A DNA stretch of 64,000 nucleotides from Octopus vulgaris (lineage: Eukaryota), in assembly GCA_951406725.2 (NCBI GenBank), contig OX597831.1, positions 6,820,001-6,884,000 on the forward strand, read 5' to 3'. Both the position numbers and the translations under genes were made by a program. The notes beneath the pieces are model-generated. The model did no database searches. It was not told where the DNA came from and saw only the letters and a program-made list of their open reading frames with translations. Positions 41,725 to 64,000 of this stretch are shown here, one piece after another; within the stretch, counting starts at the first letter, position 1; each line of letters begins with the position of its first letter.

Positions 41725-41897
41725 TCATCATCATTGTTTAACGTCCACTTTCCATGCTAGCATGGGTTGGACGGTTCGACGAAGGACTGGGAAGTCAGGA
41801 GGCTGCACCAGGCTCCTGTCTGTCCTGGCAGTGTTTCTACAGCTGGATGCCCATCCTAACACCGAGAGTGTAGTGGGTGCTTTTTACGTGCTACCGG
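41725..41897 (-). mobile_element. Young SINE-like family, copy 8
   Basis: Same consensus as 3068, inserted at the end of a (TA)n tract. Confidence 0.8.
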
Positions 41898-41989
41898 TGA
41901 TTTTGGTCTTGGCGGATTCAACAGGTCATTCTACAATCCAAGGTTAGCACCACAAGCCGTCCTGCGAGCCATGAACTCACTTACATATA

Positions 41990-54450
<12,461 letters not shown>

Positions 54451-55036
54451 AGACAACTTTTGAAGTAACGCCATATTTATTTAGCTAAAGGCTGACAAAA
54501 TCCTGTCCTTACACGGTGGACTGGGAAACATATAATGTATAAACACGGGCCAAATGCGGGATTGCATTGTACTTATAAGATAAAAAAGTCAGAAACCATG
54601 GTCGAGGACATAGACGGAAAATGTTTTTATTTTTCGTTCCCTTTCATTCATTAGGAAGTTTTATCCCTCATAGCAGTTTGGAGTTTGGCGGTGCCTTCTA
54701 GCGTGCCAGGAATCCTATGACGATTACCTCTTATGTGTTTAAATGTACACTGTATATATATACATATTTATATATATACATGCATATATATACTTATATG
54801 CACATATACATAAATATATACACATATACGCATAAATATGTATACATACATATATACATATAAATACACACATATATATTCTCATAGATATACATACACA
54901 TATACATAAGTATATGGTTAACTTAGTTATTTATTTAACTGATAACTATAATAACATACATACATATGTGATATTATTTTATGTATATAAAATAAGGATA
55001 CAAGTAATTATTAAAAAACATGAATATAAATTAGTA

Positions 55037-55170
55037 AAATGACTTACAGCTGTTTCAGCCCATAGATAAAAGCATATCATTCTGCCTATATTGCTCAAGT
55101 GTATTGAGGTAATAGGCAGTGAAAAATGAGGTACTCGTAGTATATATCTCAAGGCTTCATCAGAGATTAT
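55037..55170 (-). ncRNA. Candidate type I hammerhead ribozyme (Penelope-like retroelement type) with intact core
   Basis: Minus strand: aatct-CTGATGA (55163-55157)-AGCC...~100 nt structured loop...GGCT-GAAA-CAGCTG-TA-agtcatt. Helix II is AGCC/GGCT, helix III is the palindrome ACAGCTGT and the cleavage triplet is GUA. Helix I is short and bulged. Confidence 0.6.
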
Positions 55171-55325
55171 AAAGTACGATCAATATATATATATATATAC
55201 GTACGCATATATATATAAATATGCACGCATATATATACATAAACATGTTTATACATATATATGCATATGTTTCTACATACATACACATGTTTATACGTAA
55301 ATATGCATATATATATATACATATG

Positions 55326-55627
55326 TGGAGGCGCAATGGCCCAGTGGTTAGGGCAGCAGACTGGCAGTCGTAGGATCGCAGTTTCGATTCCCAGACCGGG
55401 CATTGTGTATGTTTATTGAGCGAAAACACCTAAAAGCTCCACAAGGCTCCGGCAGGGGGTGGTGATCCCTGCTGTACTCTTTCACCATTCTTTCTCCCTT
55501 TCTTCTGTTGGCCTGCTCGCTTAGCCAGCGGGGTGCGGTCGTTCGAAGGCTGAAACAATGCAAACACATTGTGACCAGTGATGTGTAGCAACATCTGATG
55601 GTCTGGTTGGTCACGTGAACACGTGAT
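55326..55627 (+). mobile_element. tRNA-derived SINE (OR-like family)
   Basis: tRNA-like head tggcccagtggttagggcagcagactggcagtc...gtttcgattccc (A and B boxes) and tail ggtcacgtga. It is inserted in (TA)n, with an inverted relative at 55706-55873. Confidence 0.8.
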
Positions 55628-55968
55628 ATACGTACATATGCATATGTATATATGTACATATGCATGTGTATATACATACCAATATATAAACATACACACA
55701 TATATCATTTGATCACGTGCCTGACCTGGCTTTCAGATGTTGCTACACATTGCTGGTCACAATGCACTTCGCAGTGTTTTAGCATTCAAATGACACCACC
55801 TCGCTTCCTAAGTGATCTTGCCAACACTACGAGTGAGAGAGTTTCGGCAATAGAGTCCAGCAGGGTTCGCCAACACATATACATACAAACGTATATATAT
55901 ATATCCTTAAATCCTTAAAATGTTTTAGCCCGAAGGCCGCGGACATACATATATATATATATATACAC

Positions 55969-55999
<31 letters not shown>

Positions 56000-56307
56000 T
56001 ACATATATATACCTACGCAGATATATACACATGCATACGCACACACACACATATATATATATACATACGCTTATACATATATATATATACACATGCATAT
56101 ATATATATATATATACATATATATACATACATACGTATATATACATACGTATGTATATATATACATATGTATATATATATACATATACATACGTATATAT
56201 ATATATACATACATCCATACGCACATACATATATACATACGTATGTATATATATATACACACACTCACACACGCATATATATACATATATATAGATATAC
56301 ATATATA

Positions 56308-56674
56308 TCATCATCATCGTTTAGTGTCCGCTTTCCATGCTAGCATGGGTTGGACGGTTCTACTGGGGTCTGTGAAGCCAGAAGGCTTCATCAGGCCCAG
56401 TCAAATCTGGCAGTGTTTCTACGGCTGGATGCCCTTCCTAACGCCAACCACTCCGTGAGTGTAGTGGGTGCTTTTTACGTGCCACCCGCACTGGTGCCAG
56501 ACAGAGCCGGCAAACGGCCACGAACGGATGGTGCTTTTTATGTGCCACCGACACGAGGGCCAGGCGAGGCTACGTGTATATGTATACATATACGTGTATA
56601 TGTATATATACATATACGTGTATATGTATATATACATATACGTATATATACATATACGTATATATACATATACG

Positions 56675-56706
<32 letters not shown>

Positions 56707-57170
56707 TATATCATCATCATCATCATCATCGTTTAGCGTCAGCTTTCCATGCTAGAAGGCTGCACCAGGCCCAGTCTGATCTGGCAGAGTTTCTACGGCT
56801 GGATGCCCTCCCTAACGCCAACCACTCCATGAGTGTAGTGGGTGCTTTTTACGTGCCACCGGCACAGGTGCCAGAAGAGGCTGGCAAACAGCCATGATCG
56901 GATGGTGCTTTTTATGTGCCACCGGCACGGGGGCCAGGCGAGGCTGGCAATGGCCACGATCGGCTGGTGCTTTTTACGAGGCCAGCCGGGGTGGCGCTGG
57001 CAATGGCCACGTTTGGACGGTTCTCTTACGTACCACTGGCACTAGTATCACAGCTGCAATTTCCATTGATGTTGATCGATTTCGATTTTCACTTACCTCA
57101 ACATGTCCTCACAAGTAGAGTTTTGTGTCCCAAGAAGGAAAGGTATGCATAAGTGAACTGGCTACATCCC
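56308..57170 (-). mobile_element. Young SINE-like family, copies 10 (56308-56570) and 11 (56712-57170)
   Basis: Two same-orientation copies separated by a TA-rich tract. Copy 11 is the longest in the window. Confidence 0.85.
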
Positions 57171-57249
57171 ATGTGTATATATATACATATATATATATAT
57201 ACACATATATACATATGTACGTATACATACATACATATACATACATACG

Positions 57250-57295
<46 letters not shown>

Positions 57296-57659
57296 TATAC
57301 ATACGTGTGTGTATATATATATATATATATATACGTGTGTATATTATATATATACATGCATATATATACGTATATATAAATATATAATATAAATATATAT
57401 ATATATATAAGTATAAAAAATATAAATATATACATAAAAATACATATATATATATATTTCTTCTCTAGTATCAGCCCAGAGCTGTGGCTATGCTGATGCA
57501 CCGCCGTTTTGCTACACTGTTATTACTAAGAGCCTCCTCTAATATGTGGCACTTGGTAAAGCATGGAGTTTGATATAGCCACCCTCATTTGCACCTCTTG
57601 CCATGAGTAGAGTCTTAGCTGTTTCAACCTTTACCTGTAGCTGAGCTGCTGTAAAGGGA

Positions 57660-58397
57660 CAATCTACTTTGTGAATTTTCTCTGGATTGCTTCAAGGGCC
57701 GATGTTAATTTCACACTGGTGGGTGACCATAGCTGTGAGCAGTAATCCAGGTAGCTGAAGATGAATGTCCACCATAGTACCATCATTGTTTCCTTATCTC
57801 TGGTTCTGAATGTTCTTAGGATCCATCCAGCCAGTCGTCTGCACTTTGTCACCATCATGGTAGTGTGCACATGGAAAGAGGTATCATTACTCATGTCGAT
57901 ACCCTGGTCCATCACTGACTTAGGCTCTGGGATTGAAATTCCCTGTGGACCAGTGTACCCTGTAAGTTTCATATTCAGTTTTGGATGCTGGTAAAGCAGG
58001 GCTTGGAATTTTCCAGCATTAAACTGCATATTATTATCCTCAGCCCATCTGTAAATTGAGTCCAACCCCTGCTGCAGGTGTGCAACATCGCTGGGGTTTT
58101 CTTATTTCTGCAAGACTTTCGTATCATCTGCATAGCTTGCCAGAGTGGCTCATTGGGCATTTGAGGGCATATCTGAAAGGGCCACTATAAGAAGCAGTGG
58201 TCCCAAGACTGTGCCCTGTGGAACACCACTCACTATTTGTGTGTTTATCGAGGTGGCTCCATTAGCCACTACTGCCTGACTCCTATCTTTCAGGAAGTCA
58301 AGTAACCACTCTCCAAGTTTTCCAGCTATGCCAAGGTCACAAAGTTTGTGGCATATCATACCATAATCCACCTTGTCAAAAGCTTTTGCAAAATCAA
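57660..58397 (-). mobile_element. CR1-like non-LTR retrotransposon reverse transcriptase fragment (pseudogenised)
   Basis: Translation includes DFAKAFDKVD...SGVPQGTVLGPLLL...SYADDTKV...WAEDNNMQFNAGKFQ...LDYCSQLWSP...LEAIQRKFTK. It has an in-frame stop and frameshifts and is flanked by (TA)n. Confidence 0.9.
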
Positions 58398-61300
58398 TTT
58401 ATATATATATATTTACATACATATAAATATATGTAAATATACATTTCAATATATATATAAATATATATTTCAATATATATAAATATATATTAAAATATAT
58501 GTAAATATATATATATATATAAATATATAGTTACATATATATAAATATATATATAAATATATATTAAAATATATATATATATAAAAATATATATATTTAC
58601 ATATATATATATATATATAACCAATAAACAAGGGCAAAAGAAAAATTATTTCCATGCCAATATGCTGATAACAGACTAAGTCGTCAATATTTAACATTTA
58701 AAGGTATTTTAATATGCTGCCACTTTCTGATGAAATTTTTCTTCTGAAAAAAATTTCATCCTATGTTAGTAGTAGATTTTTATATATATATATATATATA
58801 TATAAATTAAAAAATAAAAAATATATATATATCTATTTATATACATATATATCATATATATACACATATTTATATATACATATTTATATATATATATTTA
58901 TATATACATATATATTTATATATACATATATTTATATATACATATATTTATATATACATATATTTATATATACATATATTTATATATACATATATGTATA
59001 TACACATATTTATATACATATATGTATATACACATATTTATATACATATATGTATATACACATATATACACATATTTATATACATATATATTTATATACA
59101 TATTTATATATACACATATTTATATACATATATGTATATACACATATATACACATATTTATATACATATATATTTATATACATATTTATATATATATATT
59201 TATATACAAATATTTATATATATATATATATTTATATACACACACAGAGAGAAAACTATATTTATATAGATATACTAACATGCACATATATATTCGCATA
59301 TATATATATATATCACTTGTTAGCTTTTACGTCCAATTTTCATGTTTACAAGAGATGGACAAGGACATTTAAGGCAATGATCTTCAGCCAGATGCTCCAC
59401 CTGTTGCTAACCCTTAGCTGTTTTTCCATGTAAGGGACATAACAGAGATACAGATACATCCAGTAGAATCAATTTAAGGCGGATGGTACAACAACTCAAT
59501 GAATGATAAAAAAACTTAAGGAAATATGTAACCTCAGGATTTTCCAGCACCAGCATGTCATTATAGAGTTAGATCATCATCATTTAATGTAAACATTTTT
59601 ATGCTTGCATGGGTCAGACAGAATTTCTTGAGGCAGATTTTCTACAGCCGGATGCTCTTCCTGTCACTAACCCTCACCGGTTTCCAAGCAAGGTAATATT
59701 TCCCCAATGGCCCAACATGCTCTTTAAGAATATTGGATGACAGGGACAATCATTTACAATGATCACGTATGCAACAGAAGCTTGTACACACAGGCATGCA
59801 TGCATGCAGGGAGCTCTCAGTTTCTGTCTTCCAAATTACAAGGGTTTGGTCAACCCTGGGCTACTGCAGAGAATACTTGCTCAAGGTGTCACACAGTGGG
59901 ACTGAACCTGGAGCCATGTGGTTGAAAAGCAAACTTCTTATGACACAGCCACACCTGTGCCTGTTTAAGTAAATCTATTTCATTGTGCTAAATATACTTA
60001 GAGAATGGATGAAATTAAGAAAGTTTAGCCAATTTCAGAATATTCTCTCAAAAATACAAGTAGAATGTTCTATCTCTTTTATATAATATCAAACAGAGAG
60101 CTCAAGCAGAATGGTATAGTTGACCCTATCTTTTATATGTGGTGACATGAAGTCTATCAAGCTGTAAAACAATACCTCAATAATATACTTGAGTAACCCA
60201 TGTTCGCAAGGGAAAATGGATGTGAAAATGAGAAAATAAACGAATCAATATAAACGAATAATAATGACTGCTTATAAAATAATTGAAAATAAGGTTAAGT
60301 AAAATAAAATTTGATCCAAAGGCATATTTTACAAAGATTTTCAGAAATCAACTAATTTTTGAAAACTTATTCCTCTTAAGTTTAATATCTGTTTTGTATA
60401 GAGAGCAAATAATGTAGGAAATATGTTTCCTATTAAACTCTTCACATTAGTTTATTGCATAACTAAGAACTGAATCTTTGGATTCAATTGTAGGTCAAAA
60501 TTTTGGCCTTATACAGGCTTTTGTCTTAGTGCAATTAGGCCTTGATTAATCAACATTTTTCAACCAGAATATAAAGAATATGAATTGTGATTGAGAAAGG
60601 TCTCTCATTTCAACTAACTGAAGTTTCTTCCAGTTAGTTCATTTGTCTATATCTGCTGCCAATTTATACAGCATGCACACAAACCCAGATAGGACACCAG
60701 TTGAAGACCAACTAAATATCAAACTTTCAAATAAACTATCTAGTGTGTTGAGACAATGCTCATATGCCAAACTGTGCTTTGAACTTCTGCTTAAAATAAA
60801 TAATCATATTTATAACTATTTTATTCCCCAAATCCTAATTAGTTTGACAGGTAATTTACGCTTTGTCAAAATACCTGATCTAAAAGAACATCACTTGTTA
60901 AAGGCAAATTGAAACAAATTATTTTAAGCATGATTCTGTTAAAAATTTATCATTAACCTTTGCATAACAAGTCAAATGAAAATAAGTATAAGTGATAAAG
61001 GAGAAAAAATTTTAAAAAAACAACAAAAACTACATGCTTCAATAGTTTATAGAAGTTAATACACAACTGATTAAAAAAGATAGAATTTCCTATTTGACAA
61101 TGTCTCTCTCTCTCACACACACACAGAGCCCTTCCCTTTCTTTGGCACCATTCAAGTTTGAAATTTTGGTCAACCAACTATTACTGAATATTACTTATTT
61201 TGGACAGCAAAAAAAAAAATTTTGCAAGGAGAGTTTTTTTTCTCTTTCTCATAACCCCACGACCGTTAGTGATATCAAGGATCTGATCTGCAAATAGTTC

Positions 61301-63158
61301 CTAATTGAAGGCAAGTAGTAAACTGGACCAAACATCTTGTGCAATGCATAAGATAGCAACCAAGTTGCTACACTAATAAGGAGAATAATAAATGTATGTT
61401 AATTGATGATCTAGCTTAAGAAACTTGAAGATGAGAAAAACTAAAACCTGCTTTAGAAAAATCTATTAAGTGACTATCATCATTAAAAGGAAAGATGAGC
61501 TTTGTCCATCATGTATCGGCTGCATTAGCAATAGAATCAAGAGAAAAACAAAAGTAAAACCTGTTAGGTTTACTAGCATTATTTAAACAAAAATGGGCAA
61601 GATCAAGACCACTACTATCATTAATATCGATTATTTGTAATATTTGATCAATATTGTATTGTCCAATAGTATAGTCTACTGAACATGTACTATTGATAAA
61701 CCATATTTCTGAACAGTAGAGAATGTAAAACTTTTATGTTTAAGACAGTCATTAAAAGATAGGGCAGCACGAACAGTAATTAGATGAGAAAACTGTACAG
61801 GAAATTGCTGACCTTCGTTCAGATCAGTTAAGATGTCGAGAACTTGCTGAAGGATGTCATTTCACAATTACTATCCTTACATAACCAAATTATTTAAAAA
61901 ACCAGCATAAAAAAAGTTAGACATCGAAGAAGTGATATTTATTGTCATTTTTAATACTTTTTCTATCATACTGACCAAAAATATGTATGAAAAAGACTGG
62001 CAAGAATATAGATTCAACGACCATTCTAAATATGTTGGTCAATCTCTCAATTTAAACGGCATTAAAGTAAAAAAATTTTTTAAACTTTCAAAAATAATCG
62101 TTAAGGATAATTCAAATTGCATTAATTTTACTCCAAGAAATAGCCATAATTACAAAATAAGTTAAATTTAGGAAAATATCCAAAGGGAAATCAAGTCAAT
62201 AGGAAATATTCCATCGAATCGAGTAACTAATGTTTCAAGCCAACAATTATTGGTGATGGTCAACTGAACAACACTCTTAAGGCGACAGAAAAAGAGAAAA
62301 AAAACTAATTAAGAAAAAAATTTGTTTGAATGATTACAGTAAAATTGAATGCCGTCAGAAATTTCCAATTCATACACACAAATTAAGTGCATAGACGAGG
62401 AATAAACTATTAGAATGAATGTGTGGTAAATACTCTTACACATATACACAAATAAATGGTATATTCACAAACACACTGAGATAATGTAACATATTTAAAA
62501 GGCATACAATGTTTCACTTGTGAAAGGCCACCTTATCAGAAAGAACAAGGTTGCCTATTGAAGATGAAAAAAGCATAAACACAAGTCCTTGTTAAAAATA
62601 AAATTTATATGAGAAGGCCAAGTCATTAAAAAGATAAATATAGGCATTTTAAAGAACTTCTGAACAGCGAATTTAGTTATTTAAATAAAATAGAGCTTCT
62701 GATTAAAAAAATGAGCGAGTATTTAATTCAAAGTGATCATGGCACTTGCAGAAAGCTAATTCTGCATGTAGCATCATTTGTAAAATGACTTTAATATTAA
62801 AGGTTGACGTGAAAACTAGTTTTTAAAACATTAAATAAAAGATACGAACACAATTCGCTACTTGAAGCAGAAGTAGACCGGAGTGAAGAAGACGAAGAAG
62901 AAGACGAAGAAGAAGAAGAAGCATTATAAGTAAAACAAACTGTTGCTGCAATCCAAATTGCAACATTGATCATTGTAACAAGTCGAGATAATAAATATAT
63001 ACAAAGAAATATCTAAATGCAGGAATTTTTGCTTTGCACTTTTGCTTCTAATCCACCACCACCACCCCTCAAAAAAAAACCCCGACTATTTCACAAAACC
63101 CCCAATAAGTATATATTGCAACAGAATAGAGAAGATCTGCTGATAATTTGGAAGTGAT

Positions 63159-63208
<50 letters not shown>

Positions 63209-64000
63209 GTATATGTATCGCGCGCGCGAGCACACACAACTTTGCCTTCAAAAGTGACTTGAAATGCAAAGGAATTAGATTTTGCATTGTAATCTAAACT
63301 CTGACAAAAGACTAATATTATATAAACTTGGATGAATTAAAATTTTAGATCTAAGTATATCAGGATTTGAAAAATGCAGTCGGGAATATTTGAACATGTT
63401 CAAAAAGTTTAACAGGAAGACCATTTAAAGCGTTGCCGGTAGTCAGAAATGTCCATCAATTGACATTTTTATTAGACACTTCTCCTAAGACATCATCATA
63501 GTCCTAGAATAATATCACCAGTTTCGGTCAAGGGAATTAAAAATTATTACAAATGTAGCCAGAAAAAAAAAAAAATGATCTGCTCAATTTATAATAAATG
63601 CAGATCTTTTATTTTCTACTAATTAATTTATTATGGCCACAATTGAATGTTATTACGATCTGTAGAGATGAGATAACCTGGATGCTTATTGTCCGTGTTT
63701 ACTTAATCTTCTAAATCAAAAATGCCAGAGATAAATGACAATTTAACAAATCCATACGGATATAGGACCACTGGGAGGTTTCCTCTACGTAAATAGATCA
63801 ATGTCAGAGAAGGAAACATATTTGACAAATATTAAACACTTTTGACGAAGCTCATTTAAAAAAAAATTTTTTGTACAACTTTGCAAAATGTCTGAAAATA
63901 AAATGGTTTTTCGAAAAGCAAATAATTTATAATCTATGGTGGTTTTAAAAGTCATCAACAATCGTTCTGCTGCAGAAATCTTCACGTCTCTCCACTTTTA

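Noticed and set aside
55326-55400. tRNA gene
   Set aside because: It has A/B boxes but no complete cloverleaf acceptor stem and continues into a SINE body, so it is a SINE head.
62885-62922. (GAA/GAC)n acidic-tract exon
   Set aside because: It is a short trinucleotide microsatellite without supporting splice sites or an extended ORF.

Overview
AT-rich eukaryotic genomic DNA, almost certainly octopus (coleoid cephalopod), judged from the protein sequence and the SINE/microsatellite landscape. The whole window lies inside one minus-strand gene for a G-protein alpha-q subunit of the cephalopod photoreceptor type. Five internal coding exons (185, 155, 129, 130 and 154 bp, the GNAQ exon 2-6 sizes and phases) splice in frame with canonical GT-AG sites. 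I could not find the first or last coding exons, so intron 1 is over 37 kb. The introns hold several SINE families, TTAA piggyBac-type MITEs (some nested), a deleted mariner, CR1- and RTE-type LINE remnants and a ~12.5 kb TA/CA compound microsatellite. Almost all ORFs in the supplied track are spurious translations of these repeats. The most unusual signal is a set of minimal type I hammerhead-ribozyme motifs of the Penelope-retroelement kind in intron 1. One has an intact core on the pre-mRNA strand (55037-55170). Another is locked inside an ~80-bp-arm palindrome about 165 nt from the exon 2 acceptor. Also notable: a same-orientation bias of the young SINE family, tail-to-tail SINE pairs near exons (candidate ADAR substrates), a 212-bp recent intronic duplication, and a duplicated exon 5 end whose donor is inactivated.
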